From: Polyangiales bacterium
GTDB lineage: Bacteria > Myxococcota_A > Polyangia > Polyangiales > Polyangiaceae
Direction of reading: 5' to 3'
NCBI GenBank assembly: GCA_038231275.1
Contig: JBBRLQ010000050.1
Location: 1-33,672, forward strand
Length of the DNA: 33,672 bases
Positions 1 through 9,919 of the stretch are shown here, piece after piece (position 1 is the first letter of the stretch; every line of letters starts with the position of its first letter). Made by a program: the position numbers and the translations under genes. Under the pieces are notes generated by a model, which was not told where the DNA came from, made no database searches, and saw nothing but the letters and a program-made list of their open reading frames with translations.

Positions 1-139
1 ACGAGATCTCCTTCGCGAGCCCCTTCTTCGACTGCACCTTCACCAGCGCAGCCGTCAGCGTCGTCTTGCCGTGGTCGATGTGACCGATCGTGCCGACGTT
101 CACGTGGAGCTTGTTCCGGTTGAATTTCTCTTTCGCCAT
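1..139 (-). CDS. tuf: Elongation factor Tu, 5' end (runs off window)
   Basis: Hand translation from ATG at 139: [46 protein letters not shown]. Contains the [10 protein letters not shown]-loop; GAGGA RBS upstream; directly downstream of fusA. Confidence 0.97.
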   Translation of the reverse strand, partial: MAKEKFNRNKLHVNVGTIGHIDHGKTTLTAALVKVQSKKGLAKEIS

Positions 140-186
140 GATGGTTCCTCAATGCGCTTTCGAGTGCGGAGCTACGGTGATTCGAT

Positions 187-2304
187 TTACCTTGCGGTCC
201 CCTTGACCTTCGCGACGACCTCTTCCTGGACGGCGTTGGGCACGGGTGCGTAGTGCGAGAAGTGGAGCGACGACGTCGCGCGGCCCTGCGTCATGCTGCG
301 CAGGTCCGTGACGTAGCCGAACATCTGGGCGAGGGGAACCTCGCTGTCGACGACCTGCGCGTTGCCGCGCTGACTCATGCCGAGGATTTTGCCGCGGCGC
401 GAGTTGATGTCGCCGATGACGTCGCCCATGTACTGCTCGGGGACGACGACCTCGTTCTTCATGATCGGCTCGAGCAGGTGCAACCCGGCTCGTTTCGCGC
501 CGTCTTGGAAGCAGAGCGAGGCCGCGACCTCGAACGCCTGCGCGCTCGAGTCGACGTCGTGGTAGCTGCCGTCGTAAAGGCGGCAGTGCATGTCGGTCAG
601 CGGGTAGCCGGCGAGGACGCCGCGCTCCATGGCCTCTTTGACGCCCTTTTCGATCGCCGGGATGAACTCCTTCGGGATGACACCGCCGACGATGTCGTTC
701 TCGAAGACGTAGCCCGCGCCGCGCTCGCCGGGGCCGATCTCCATCAGGACGTGACCGAACTGGCCGCGACCGCCGGACTGCTTGGCGTACTTGTATTCGC
801 AGGCGACCTTCTTGCTGATGGCCTCGCGGTACGCGACCTCGGGCTTGCCGACGTTCGACTCGACCTTGAACTCGCGGCGGAGGCGATCGCAGATGATGTC
901 GAGGTGGAGCTCGCCCATTCCGCTGATGATCGTCTGGCCCGACTCTTCATCCGTGTGGATGCGGAACGACGGGTCCTCGGCGGCGAGCTTCTGGAGGCCG
1001 ACGCCGAGCTTCTCGACGTCCACCTTGGTCTTCGGCTCGATGGCGATCGAGATGACCGGCTCGGGAAAGATCATCTTCTCGAGGATGATCGGCTTCTTCT
1101 CGTCGCACAGCGTGTCGCCCGTGCGCGTGTCCTTCAAACCGACGGCCGCGTAGATGTTGCCGGCGTCCGCCTCGGTGAGCTCCTCGCGCTTGTTGGCGTG
1201 CATGCGGAGGATGCGGCCGATGCGCTCGCGCTTGCCGCGCGTCGAGTTACTCACCATCGTGCCGCTCGAGAGCGTGCCCGAGTAGACGCGGAAGAACGTC
1301 AGGTTCCCGTGCGGGTCGTTGATGATCTTGAATGCGTAGCCGGCGAACGGCTCCTTGTCGTCGGCCTTGCGCTCCTCTTCCTTGTCGTTGTCCGGGTTGA
1401 TGCCCTTGACCGGCGGGATGTCGAGCGGCGACGGGAGGTAGTTGATGACGGCGTCGAGCATCAGCTGGACGCCCTTGTTCTTGAACGCCGATCCGCAGAT
1501 GACCGGGAAGAACTTGAACGAGCAGCAGCCCTTGCGGAGCGCCGCGACGATCTCGGGCTCGGTGACTTGGTCGGAGTGGCCTTCGAGGAACTTCGCCATG
1601 ATCGCGTCGTCCACGTCGGCGCAGGCCTCGATCATCTTCTCGCGGTAGAGGAGACACTTGTCCTTGATGTCCGCGGGGACATCGACCCACTCGTACTTCT
1701 GGCCCTTCGACTCCTCGTCGAAGATGGCGGCCTTCATCTTGATGAGGTCGACGACGCCCTTGTGCTGATCCTCTTCGCCGACCGGCCATTGGATGGGAAC
1801 CGGGTTGACGCCGAGGCGCTCGCGGATCGAGTTGACGTTCATCTCGAAGTCGGCGCCCGTCTTGTCCATCTTGTTGACGAAGACGATGCGGGGGACGCGG
1901 AACTTGTCGGCCTGGCGCCAGACGGTCTCGGTCTGCGGCTCGACGCCGTTGCCGCCGTCGAGGACCGCGACCGCGCCGTCGAGGACGCGCAGCGAGCGCT
2001 CGACCTCGATCGTGAAGTCCACGTGGCCGGGGGTGTCGATGATGTTGATGCGGTGGCGAACGCCGGCGTGGGGGCCTTCGAGCGGCGCCCAGAAGCAGTT
2101 CGTCGCCGCCGAGGTGATCGTGATCCCGCGCTCCTGCTCCTGGACCATGTAGTCCATCGTCGCGGCGCCCTCGTGGACCTCGCCGATCTTGTAGTTGACC
2201 CCGGTGTAATAGAGAACGCGCTCGGTCGTCGTCGTCTTGCCCGCATCGATGTGGGCCATGATTCCGATGTTGCGTGTCTTCTCTAGCGGGTATTCGCGGG
2301 CCAC
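187..2304 (-). CDS. fusA: Elongation factor G
   Basis: [38 protein letters not shown] and [10 protein letters not shown] motifs. Start moved to GTG at 2304 (AGGAGA RBS at 2309-2314) instead of the ORF-track start 2382. Confidence 0.98.
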   Translation of the reverse strand: MAREYPLEKTRNIGIMAHIDAGKTTTTERVLYYTGVNYKIGEVHEGAATMDYMVQEQERGITITSAATNCFWAPLEGPHAGVRHRINIIDTPGHVDFTIEVERSLRVLDGAVAVLDGGNGVEPQTETVWRQADKFRVPRIVFVNKMDKTGADFEMNVNSIRERLGVNPVPIQWPVGEEDQHKGVVDLIKMKAAIFDEESKGQKYEWVDVPADIKDKCLLYREKMIEACADVDDAIMAKFLEGHSDQVTEPEIVAALRKGCCSFKFFPVICGSAFKNKGVQLMLDAVINYLPSPLDIPPVKGINPDNDKEEERKADDKEPFAGYAFKIINDPHGNLTFFRVYSGTLSSGTMVSNSTRGKRERIGRILRMHANKREELTEADAGNIYAAVGLKDTRTGDTLCDEKKPIILEKMIFPEPVISIAIEPKTKVDVEKLGVGLQKLAAEDPSFRIHTDEESGQTIISGMGELHLDIICDRLRREFKVESNVGKPEVAYREAISKKVACEYKYAKQSGGRGQFGHVLMEIGPGERGAGYVFENDIVGGVIPKEFIPAIEKGVKEAMERGVLAGYPLTDMHCRLYDGSYHDVDSSAQAFEVAASLCFQDGAKRAGLHLLEPIMKNEVVVPEQYMGDVIGDINSRRGKILGMSQRGNAQVVDSEVPLAQMFGYVTDLRSMTQGRATSSLHFSHYAPVPNAVQEEVVAKVKGTAR

Positions 2305-2348
2305 GGGGTCTCCTGAAATGCGAAACGAGATGGAACGGGTCGGCAGAT

Positions 2349-2418
2349 AAACGAAACCCCCTCCGGCCTGTTGCCCCTTCACATTTTGAAGGGACCTTTG
2401 GGGTGTCCGGAGAGGGGT
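2349..2418 (-). terminator. Terminator/attenuator-like nested hairpin in the long rpsG-fusA spacer
   Basis: Outer arms ACCCCCTCCGG (2356-2366) and CCGGAG(A)GGGGT (2407-2418); inner arms CCCTTCA (2375-2381) and TGAAGGG (2387-2393). A U-rich run (UUUCGUUU, 2356-2349) ends the stem on the transcribed strand. Confidence 0.5.
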
Positions 2419-2530
2419 CGGGGTACGTCGTCAATGCGCGTAACCCGATCCTTATGTCAGCTTCGTCATTTCTGCGTGCAGTGCTCCTGAGTTCTTCTGA
2501 AGGGCCGAACCTTAGCGGTCGCGGCGAGTC

Positions 2531-3001
2531 TTACCAGCGGTAATGGGCGAACGCCTTGTTTGCGTCGGCCATCTTGTGCGTGTCGTCCTTCTTCTTCACG
2601 GCGTTGCCGCGGCCGTTGGCGGCATCGACGAGCTCGCCCGCGAGGCGCTCACGCATCGTCTTCTCGCCGCGGTCACGCGCGTACTGAACGAGCCAGCGCA
2701 TCGCGAGGGCGACGCGGCGCTCGGGCCGCACTTCGACCGGGACCTGGTAGGTCGCACCGCCGACGCGGCGGCTCTTCACTTCGAGCTTCGGCTTCGTGTT
2801 GTCGAGCGCCTTGCGGAACACCTCGAGGGCGTCCTCCTTGAAGCGCTCGCCGATGATGTCGAACGCGCCGTAGAGGATCCCCTCGGCAGTGGCCTTCTTG
2901 CCGCTGAACATGATCGTGTTCGTGAACTTGCTGACGAGCTTGTCCTTGAACTTCGGGTCCGGCGTGATTCGGCGCTTGGGTACTTCTCGTCGGCGCGGCA
3001 T
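2531..3001 (-). CDS. rpsG: 30S ribosomal protein S7
   Basis: [10 protein letters not shown]...[16 protein letters not shown]...[15 protein letters not shown]; position in the str operon. Confidence 0.99.
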   Translation of the reverse strand: MPRRREVPKRRITPDPKFKDKLVSKFTNTIMFSGKKATAEGILYGAFDIIGERFKEDALEVFRKALDNTKPKLEVKSRRVGGATYQVPVEVRPERRVALAMRWLVQYARDRGEKTMRERLAGELVDAANGRGNAVKKKDDTHKMADANKAFAHYRW

Positions 3002-3043
3002 AGGATTCTCTTCTTCTTATTCGGTCACGGGAAAATCGAGTCT

Positions 3044-3442
3044 TCAGCTCTTCGGACGCTTCACGCCGTACTTCGAGCGCTTGCGATTCCGGTTAACTTT
3101 GTTGGTCGAGCTCGGGCCGATGGCGCCGGAGGCGTCCAACGTGCCGCGGACGACGTGGTAGCGGACGCCCGGGAGATCCTTGACGCGGCCTCCGCGGATG
3201 AGGACGACCGAGTGCTCCTGGAGGTTGTGCCCCTCGCCCGGGATGTAGCTCGTCACTTCCATCCCGTTCGTCAGGCGCACGCGGCAGACCTTGCGGAGGG
3301 CCGAGTTCGGCTTCTTCGGGGTGGTAGTGTAAACGCGGACGCAAACGCCGCGCTTCTGCGGGCAGCTCTTGAGAGCCGGCGACGCCGTCTTGAAGCGGGC
3401 GGCCTCGCGGCCGTGGTTGATGAGCTGATTGATGGTGGGCAC
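3044..3442 (-). CDS. rpsL: 30S ribosomal protein S12
   Basis: MPTINQL...[11 protein letters not shown]...[15 protein letters not shown] start. Confidence 0.99.
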   Translation of the reverse strand: MPTINQLINHGREAARFKTASPALKSCPQKRGVCVRVYTTTPKKPNSALRKVCRVRLTNGMEVTSYIPGEGHNLQEHSVVLIRGGRVKDLPGVRYHVVRGTLDASGAIGPSSTNKVNRNRKRSKYGVKRPKS

Positions 3443-3536
3443 GGAGCGGTTTCCTCGAGTCTTTTCTTGAGTCTTGTCGCTTCTTTACGCTGCCACCCTT
3501 CACAGAGAACGCCGTGCAGGGGCTGCGGGGACGCGC

Positions 3537-3564
3537 ACTTTACCCGTGGGGATCCGCCTGTCAA
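3537..3564 (-). promoter_or_regulatory. sigma70-type promoter of the str operon
   Basis: TTGACA (3564-3559), 16-nt spacer, TAAAGT (3542-3537), then a GC-rich discriminator (GCGCGTCCCC); about 95 bp upstream of rpsL. Confidence 0.75.
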
Positions 3565-3696
3565 GCGTTAAGCCCGCGGAAGGCGAGGCCGTCCGAGGCG
3601 CGGATCTGGCGACGCTCGCGCGCGCTCGTGTACCCTTGGATTTGGGGTGCCTCGCGCCGGACTGCGGCGCGCGCAAGGGGGCCCAAGGAGCTTACC

Positions 3697-6495
3697 GTGA
3701 TCACGTCCTTTCGTAGCTTTGCCCGCGCCGCGGTGGCTGGCTTCGTGTGCCTCGCCATTTCCGCGGTGGCCGAGGCGGCGCCGACTCAGCCGATGCGCTT
3801 TTACGGCCAGGCGCAGGGAAACAACAACTGCGGAGGCGGCGCGCAGATCCACGTCATCGGAAAGAACCCCGGGACGGTATGGACGGCCACGCGCCTCGAC
3901 ACGTCTGCGGGCCTCGGCGGTGGGACGCTCGCCAACCCGTACGACATGGGGAGCGTCACCGGCATCACGAGCGCGTTTCCGTTCGTCGTCGTGACGACCG
4001 ACGTGGCGTACGTCCTCTTGACCGAGGTCTGCACGTCCGGGACGCCGACGAGTGGCGGCCTCACCTACCCCGCGGGCGACGGGGCCACGACGGTCGGCAC
4101 GCGCATCCTCTTCTATGCGACGTACGCGGCGGCGGCGAACAACTTCATCGCCGGCGTCACCGGCGCGCCTCAAGTGACGATGACGACGCCGAGCGGCACG
4201 GTCATCATGCCAACGACGAGCGTTCCTGCCGGGACGGCGATCCGTCCGCCTGCGTTGACGGCGGGCAGCATCTACCTCGTCGACGCGACCGGCGGGACGA
4301 TCACGGCGGGCAGCACCGCGCCGAGCGCGTACTCGGTGCTCGGCGTCGCCGACTCCCAGGCCGCGAGCTGCCAGAACGATCGCGGGACGAAGCTCTTCGC
4401 GTCGTTCCTCGGCAACGGCAGCACGACGACGACGGGCCTCGCGCTCTTCAACGACGGCGCGGCCGCGGCGACCGTGTCGTTCACGCCGCTCCTCGGCGGC
4501 GGCGCGTTTGCGAACGTGAGCGTCCCTGCGGGGAACAAGACGTACTCGACCGGCATGACGGAGGGCATCTACCTCCTGTCGTCCACGAACCCCGTCGCCG
4601 CGTGGTCCGGCTCGCCGAAGGGCGGCAACAACATCGACAACCTCGGCGACGACATCGGCCTCATGGTCGGTCGCTGGGACGGCGTCAGCGCGTTCCGCGT
4701 TCGCGCGCGAAACCAGGCGCAGACCTCGCGCGTCTTCGCGCGGCAAAATACGCAGATTCAGGTGAACGGCGGCGGCGCGGTCACGATCCCGGCCGCCGAG
4801 AACTTCACGCTGCCCACCGGCACCGGCACCGACATCGTCGTGACCGGCACGCAGCCGTTCCTCCTTCAGACGCAAGGCGCCGCGACGCCGATGAACGACT
4901 GGGGGAAGTGGCTCCGCCCGCTTCCGCCCGTCGACAGCGACGGCGATACCGTGAGCGACGTCGTCGAGACCACAGCGATCGGCTCGTGCCAGTCCGTCGC
5001 GCCCGATTCCGACGCGGACGGGTACGCGGACTTTCTCGACATCGACAGCGACAACGACTGCATCGCCGATTCTTCGGCGCTCGAGGCGGGCGCCGCACGC
5101 ACCAACCCCGCGTTGCCGGTCGGAGCGCACTGCACCGGGGCCACGCCCGTCTGCGTGGTCGCCAACGGCGCCGGCACGTGCACCGCGTGCTCGGGAAATT
5201 TCGGAAGCGGCGGCGTGGCCGCGTGTCCGACGGCGACGGCGCCGAGCTGTCAGGCCGGCGCGTGCGTCGGATGCAACGGGAGCTTCGGCAGCGGCACCTC
5301 GCTTGCGTGCACGAACCCCGTGACTCCGGTGTGCCTCGCGAACGGCTCGTGCGTCGCGTGCGATGGAGACTTCGGCGGCGGCACGCCCGACGCCTGCGCG
5401 CTCGCGTCGCGTCCGTATTGCTCGGCGGGACAGTGCCTCTCGTGCGGCGGCGGCTTCGGCAGCGGCGTCGCGCAAGCGTGCAAGACCGCCGCGGCGCCCG
5501 TGTGCACCGCAGGCGCGTGCGTCGTCTGCGCCAACGGCTTCGGCACCGGACAACCCAACGCGTGCGAGGTCGCCGCGACGCCGGTGTGCCGCACCTCCGA
5601 CGGCACCTGCAACACGTGCAACGGCGACAACGGCGCCGCCACGACCCTGCCCTGCCCCACGACCGCGAACCCGTACTGCGCGGCCGCCGGCACGTGCGGG
5701 AAATGCACGTCGAGCGCCGACTGCACCAGCCACGCCGGTCCGGTCTGCAATACGACGACCGGATCGTGCGGGACCACGTGCGGCGTCGACGGCGACTGCG
5801 CGACCACCGAGTGGTGCGCCGCCGGGACCTGCACCGCGAAGACTCCGAACGGCCAGCCGGTTCCCAACGTGCCGCCCATCAACGGCGTGTGCAACGATCC
5901 AAACGGCCTGCGCGTCTGCCTCTCCACCGTGTGCAGCTCGGTGGACAACGCCTGCGGACGGCGCGCCGGCGAGTACTGCAATCTCGCGGACGGCGGCCTC
6001 AGCGACGACGAGTGCCGCAGCGGCGCGTGTACGACCGGCGGGACGTGCGGCGAGTGCGGCAAGGACAGCGACTGCGGCAACCCGACGAGCGGCCGGATCT
6101 GTGGCGACACGACGAAGGCCTGCGCGAACGGCTGCCGCGGAAGCGGTGGCAACGGATGCCCGGCCGGGCAGGTGTGCAGCTCGACGGACGCCACCGTCGG
6201 AACGTGCTCGGTGCCCGAAGGGGGCGTCGACGCCGGCGCCGACACGGGAGTAGACGCCGCGCCGCCCGAGGACGCGGGCTTCGACGCGACGATCCCGCCC
6301 GACGCGGCGACGGTGGACGCGAACGTGCCAGACACGTCGGTCGAAGCAGGACGGGCGATCGACGACAACGGCGTCTTCGAGGGCGGCGGCATCGCCTGCT
6401 CGGCGAGCCGCACCTTCGGCGGCGGCGGCCCCTTCTCGGCGATGGCGCTCGGTCTCCTCGGCATTCTCGGTCTCGTGCGCCGGCGCCGACGCTAG
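3697..6495 (+). CDS. TraA-like Cys-rich surface protein with MYXO-CTERM sorting signal
   Basis: GTG at 3697 after AAGGAG. Signal peptide (…AVAEA|APT), ~400 aa beta-rich N-domain, DSDGD/DSDAD/DSDND Ca-binding-like motifs and tandem CxGxFGSG..AC....PxC..G.C repeats. Ends in a DAG linker and GGGIAC…LGLLGILGLVRRRRR. Lies directly upstream of a TraB-like gene. Confidence 0.8.
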   Translation: MITSFRSFARAAVAGFVCLAISAVAEAAPTQPMRFYGQAQGNNNCGGGAQIHVIGKNPGTVWTATRLDTSAGLGGGTLANPYDMGSVTGITSAFPFVVVTTDVAYVLLTEVCTSGTPTSGGLTYPAGDGATTVGTRILFYATYAAAANNFIAGVTGAPQVTMTTPSGTVIMPTTSVPAGTAIRPPALTAGSIYLVDATGGTITAGSTAPSAYSVLGVADSQAASCQNDRGTKLFASFLGNGSTTTTGLALFNDGAAAATVSFTPLLGGGAFANVSVPAGNKTYSTGMTEGIYLLSSTNPVAAWSGSPKGGNNIDNLGDDIGLMVGRWDGVSAFRVRARNQAQTSRVFARQNTQIQVNGGGAVTIPAAENFTLPTGTGTDIVVTGTQPFLLQTQGAATPMNDWGKWLRPLPPVDSDGDTVSDVVETTAIGSCQSVAPDSDADGYADFLDIDSDNDCIADSSALEAGAARTNPALPVGAHCTGATPVCVVANGAGTCTACSGNFGSGGVAACPTATAPSCQAGACVGCNGSFGSGTSLACTNPVTPVCLANGSCVACDGDFGGGTPDACALASRPYCSAGQCLSCGGGFGSGVAQACKTAAAPVCTAGACVVCANGFGTGQPNACEVAATPVCRTSDGTCNTCNGDNGAATTLPCPTTANPYCAAAGTCGKCTSSADCTSHAGPVCNTTTGSCGTTCGVDGDCATTEWCAAGTCTAKTPNGQPVPNVPPINGVCNDPNGLRVCLSTVCSSVDNACGRRAGEYCNLADGGLSDDECRSGACTTGGTCGECGKDSDCGNPTSGRICGDTTKACANGCRGSGGNGCPAGQVCSSTDATVGTCSVPEGGVDAGADTGVDAAPPEDAGFDATIPPDAATVDANVPDTSVEAGRAIDDNGVFEGGGIACSASRTFGGGGPFSAMALGLLGILGLVRRRRR

Positions 6496-6500
6496 CCTGC

Positions 6501-6557
6501 ACCTCCTCTAGTTTTTGTCTCCCTCCTCTCTTCCCCCCTCTTCCCCTCCCTTGCCCA
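6501..6557. other. Polypyrimidine tract between the traA-like and traB-like genes
   Basis: Almost pure C/T run (…CTCCCTCCTCTCTTCCCCCCTCTTCCCCTCCCTTGCCC); G-runs on the minus strand. Confidence 0.6.
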
Positions 6558-6576
6558 GCCCTCGCGGAACACGAAC

Positions 6577-8412
6577 ATGAAGAGACTCTTCGGCGTCGCG
6601 GCGCTCGGCGCGTTCCTCGTCACCGCGTCGGCGCCCACGGCCAAGGCAGACGGCTTCGCGGTGAACCGGTTCAACCCGGCCGATCGCGGGAGCGACTTCT
6701 TCGTCGTCGATTCGCTCGATCTTCGCGGGCACGTCCGGGCCGCAGCCGGCGCCGTCGGCGAGTGGGGATACCGTCCGCTCGTCCTCTACGATCCGTCGGG
6801 CAACGTGCGCGCCTCGGTCGTGCGAAATCAGATCGTGGTCCACCCTGGCGCGAGCATCGTGCTCTGGGATCGGCTGCGCCTCGGCCTCGACGTGCCCATC
6901 CAGGTCTTCGCCGACGGCCACGGCGGTTCGCTGAACGGCGCGCGCTACGAAGGGGCGACGAGCGATCCCGCGCTCGGCGATCTGCGCGTTTCGACGGACG
7001 TGCGACTCGTCGGATCGTACCGCCAGCTCGGACAGGTCGCGATCGGCGCCGAGCTGTTCACCCCTACTGGCAACAAGGACGCGTACTCGGGCGACGGCAG
7101 CGTCCGCGTCCTTCCGCGCGTGCTCTTCGCGGGCGGCGCCGGCATTTTGCAATACGCGGCGAAGCTCGGCTTCACGTACCGCGCGCGCGACGACGCGTTC
7201 GCGGGAAGCGCGCTCGGCAACGAGCTGGTGTTCGGCGCCGGCGCCGGCCTGCGCGCCGCGAACGACAAGCTGCTCTTCTCCGTCGAGCTCGCAGGGAGCT
7301 CGGCGACGGACGATCCGTTCAAGACGCGAACGACGCCGCTCGAAGGCACCCTCGGAATTCATTACACGCTCGCGAACGCGCTGCGCCTTGGCGGCGGCAT
7401 CGGCAGCGGACTCGCGCGCGGGTACGGAACGCCGGCGGTGCGCGGGCTCCTCGGCGTCGAGTACGCGCCGCCCATGAAGGGCGCATCCACCTCGCAGGCC
7501 GATCGCGATCGCGACGGGATCCCCGACGACGTCGACGCGTGCCCCGAGACGCCCGGCGACAAGACGAACGATCCGCAGACGAACGGTTGCCCCAAAAAGA
7601 CCGATCGCGACAAGGACGGCATCCCCGACGACGAGGACGCGTGCCCGAACGCGCCTGGCGAGCCGCACCAGGATTCGCGCATCAACGGCTGCCCGTCCGA
7701 CACCGACGGCGACGGCATCATCGACTCGGCCGACGCGTGCCCCAGCGTGCCCGGCGTCGAGCAGGCCAACCCGAAGAAGACGGGTTGCCCCCCGGACAGC
7801 GACGACGACGGCATCATCGACGAGGACGACGCCTGCCCCGACGTGCCCGGAATCAAGACCGACAACCCGAAGACGAACGGCTGCCCGCCCGTCGATCCCG
7901 ATCGCGACAAGGACGGCATCCCCAACGAGACCGACGCCTGCCCCGAAGAGCCGGGCAAGGCGGACCCCGATCCGAAGCGCAACGGCTGCCCGAAGGCGTT
8001 CGTGAAAAACGGGCAGATCCGCATTCTCGACCAAGTGAAATTCAAGACCGGCAGCGCCGCGCTCGAGGCGGGCAAGGACAGCCAGGAGGTCCTCGAGGCT
8101 GTGCTCAAGGTCTTCCAGGATCACCCCGAGGTGACGAGGGTTCGGGTCGAGGGGCATACCGACAGCAAGGGGATCGCGAAGGCGAACAAGAAGCTGTCCG
8201 CGGATCGCGCAGCGGCGGTGGTGAGGTGGCTGTTCGCGCACGGCATCGGCGCGGCGAGGGTGGTGAGCGCCGGGCTCGGCTCGGAGAAGCCGCTCGACAC
8301 GAACGCGACGGAGGAGGGGCGGAAGAACAACCGGCGGGTGGAGTTCCACATCGAGGAGACGACCCCGGTGCCGACCCCGACTCCGACTCCGAAGCCGACT
8401 CCGAAGCCCTGA
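6577..8412 (+). CDS. TraB-like OmpA-family outer-membrane protein (beta-barrel + thrombospondin type 3 repeats + OmpA domain)
   Basis: Signal peptide, amphipathic beta-strand region, five DxDxDGIxDxxDACP…GCP repeats, OmpA motifs (VEGHTD…LSADRAAAV…NRRVEF) and a Pro-Thr tail. Confidence 0.88.
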   Translation: MKRLFGVAALGAFLVTASAPTAKADGFAVNRFNPADRGSDFFVVDSLDLRGHVRAAAGAVGEWGYRPLVLYDPSGNVRASVVRNQIVVHPGASIVLWDRLRLGLDVPIQVFADGHGGSLNGARYEGATSDPALGDLRVSTDVRLVGSYRQLGQVAIGAELFTPTGNKDAYSGDGSVRVLPRVLFAGGAGILQYAAKLGFTYRARDDAFAGSALGNELVFGAGAGLRAANDKLLFSVELAGSSATDDPFKTRTTPLEGTLGIHYTLANALRLGGGIGSGLARGYGTPAVRGLLGVEYAPPMKGASTSQADRDRDGIPDDVDACPETPGDKTNDPQTNGCPKKTDRDKDGIPDDEDACPNAPGEPHQDSRINGCPSDTDGDGIIDSADACPSVPGVEQANPKKTGCPPDSDDDGIIDEDDACPDVPGIKTDNPKTNGCPPVDPDRDKDGIPNETDACPEEPGKADPDPKRNGCPKAFVKNGQIRILDQVKFKTGSAALEAGKDSQEVLEAVLKVFQDHPEVTRVRVEGHTDSKGIAKANKKLSADRAAAVVRWLFAHGIGAARVVSAGLGSEKPLDTNATEEGRKNNRRVEFHIEETTPVPTPTPTPKPTPKP

Positions 8413-8942
8413 TGGCGCTCGTTCCCCCGCTCGACGCGACGCCGGAGGAGGTCAAGGCCGCGCTCGCGCCCGTGCGTCACTCGTTCTCTGTCGCGGTGCA
8501 TGCGTGCGGGAACGCGTTCGCGGTGGGGGCGATCGTGCGGGTCGCGCACAACTTCCTCGCGAGGGAGATCATCATCGTCGGCGACGAGCCGCATTACGCG
8601 AAGGCGTCGATGGGGATGGAGAAATACGAGACGATCGTCAAGGTCCCCGACGACGACGCCTTCTTCGCGCACGCCGCAGGAAGGCCGGTGTGGGCGCTCG
8701 AGAAGGAGCACGCGCGCCGGAGCCTCTACGCGGTCCCGAACTTCCCGAGGGACGTGATCTTCCTCTTCGGCAGCGAGCGCCACGGAGTCTCCGCCGAGCT
8801 CGCGGCGCGCGCGGACGACGTGCTCGCGATTCCAATCTACGGCGTTAATAACTCGCTGCCAGTCGCCGTCGCGGCAGGGATCGTCATGAGCGAGTGGGCC
8901 CGCGCGAGATATGCGAGCCGCGGCGGAGAGCCGCCCGCGTGA
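8412..8942 (+). CDS. TrmH/SpoU-family (SPOUT) RNA methyltransferase
   Basis: ATG overlaps the traB-like stop (TGATG). Motifs NAFAVGAIVR, FLFGSERHG and IPIYGVNNSLPVAVAAGI; 176 aa. It is the C-terminal part of ORF-track 3747..8942. Confidence 0.9.
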   Translation: MALVPPLDATPEEVKAALAPVRHSFSVAVHACGNAFAVGAIVRVAHNFLAREIIIVGDEPHYAKASMGMEKYETIVKVPDDDAFFAHAAGRPVWALEKEHARRSLYAVPNFPRDVIFLFGSERHGVSAELAARADDVLAIPIYGVNNSLPVAVAAGIVMSEWARARYASRGGEPPA

Positions 8943-8956
8943 GCGCCCGGCTCAAT

Positions 8957-9052
8957 GTTCCGAGGTCGCGAGAGCGAGTGAGGAACCCCTGCATCCCTCC
9001 CGTCTGCGGGCTTCTGCCCGCAGCGTAACTCGCGTCGACGCGAAGATATGCA
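8957..9052 (+). repeat. Structured intergenic repeat R, copy 1
   Basis: GTTCC-GAGG-TCGC-GAGA-GCGA-GTGA-GGAAC hairpin, then TGCAT…ATGCA enclosing CTGCGGGC-TTCT-GCCCGCAG and TCGCGT-CG-ACGCGA. Related copies at 10468-10557 and 11390-11452. Confidence 0.8.
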
Positions 9053-9085
9053 ACAGTGTCCCCCCCGGCCTCGCCTGGCACGCCT

Positions 9086-9646
9086 TCAAGGATCGAGCGG
9101 CACGAACCAGTCGGGTTGGACGCCCATGTCCGCCCGGAGCTTGCGCGGCCCTGCCTCGAACTTGGCGTAAAATCCACCGGAGCCGCCGTTCGCGTACTTG
9201 GCGACGATGAAATACGAAATGTTGTTGTACTCGGCGGTCTCGGGCGGATGAATCGCGTACGTGGCCTCTGCGTCCAGCCCGTGGCCTTGCACGATCGACC
9301 CGTCTGCCGCACGCCCGAGGATGCGCATCGCCCCCGTGCTCGTGAGGGCGATGCCTACGTTCTCGTCGCCGCGGTGGTCGTATTGGCTCGGCCTCTCGGC
9401 CGGGCATCGCAGCCACGCACCGACCAGCTTGGTCGAGAGTGCGCCAACGCTGTCGTACGCGTCGATGCTGCCGTGCGGGTCGGAGCAGTGGGCCAGCGCG
9501 GAAGCGGCGGCGGTCGCGGCATAGCTGGCCGCGGGCTCGGTCACCGGGCCGCTGGGCGCCGGGGGCACGGGCGCGTCGTTGGCCTTCCCACCGCAGCCGA
9601 CGAACGCGACGACGATCGAGACGAAGACGGATTCATGAAACCTCAT
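9086..9646 (-). CDS. Hypothetical lipoprotein A
   Basis: ATG at 9646 with GAGGTG RBS; MRFHESVFVSIVVAFVG|C lipobox; Pro/Ala linker; 186 aa; no family recognised. Confidence 0.75.
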   Translation of the reverse strand: MRFHESVFVSIVVAFVGCGGKANDAPVPPAPSGPVTEPAASYAATAAASALAHCSDPHGSIDAYDSVGALSTKLVGAWLRCPAERPSQYDHRGDENVGIALTSTGAMRILGRAADGSIVQGHGLDAEATYAIHPPETAEYNNISYFIVAKYANGGSGGFYAKFEAGPRKLRADMGVQPDWFVPLDP

Positions 9647-9671
9647 TGAAGCACCTCGTGCCGGCCGCTTC

Positions 9672-9686
9672 GCAAGCGGCGTGCCT
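9672..9686 (-). promoter_or_regulatory. Putative sigma54 (-24/-12) promoter of lipoprotein A
   Basis: Minus strand AGGCACG-CCGC-TTGC matches TGGCACG-N4-TTGC; the implied TSS near 9660 is just upstream of the RBS. Confidence 0.65.
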
Positions 9687-9919
9687 ACGTCGAAAAGGAC
9701 GGAGACAGCGAGAAGGCGAACGCCTTGGGCCGGCCTTCGCGTCCCGCAGCAGCCCGCCTGAGGGACAGCGTGATCGCGGCTCTGCCCCGCGAGGCACATC
9801 GTGGCATACCAACGCGGAAACGGCTTAGCGCATCCCGAGCGTCGACTTGTCATCCCGTGCGCGACATGGGGTTCGGCGCATTGACGCCACACTCTCCGAC
9901 GAAACCGGGAGTGCTTCCC

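Noticed and set aside
253..2286. 677-aa plus-strand ORF antisense to fusA, and similar long shadow ORFs (3568..5733, 6508..8349, 19561..21720, 23939..25891)
   Set aside because: Mirror frames of real genes in high-GC DNA; no motifs and biased composition.
3747..8411. Apparent 1731-aa ORF 3747..8942
   Set aside because: Arg-rich off-frame read-through of the traA/traB-like genes; only 8412-8942 (TrmH) is real. The same applies to the N-terminal extensions of ORFs 20208..23411, 22454..25900 and 9086..10786.
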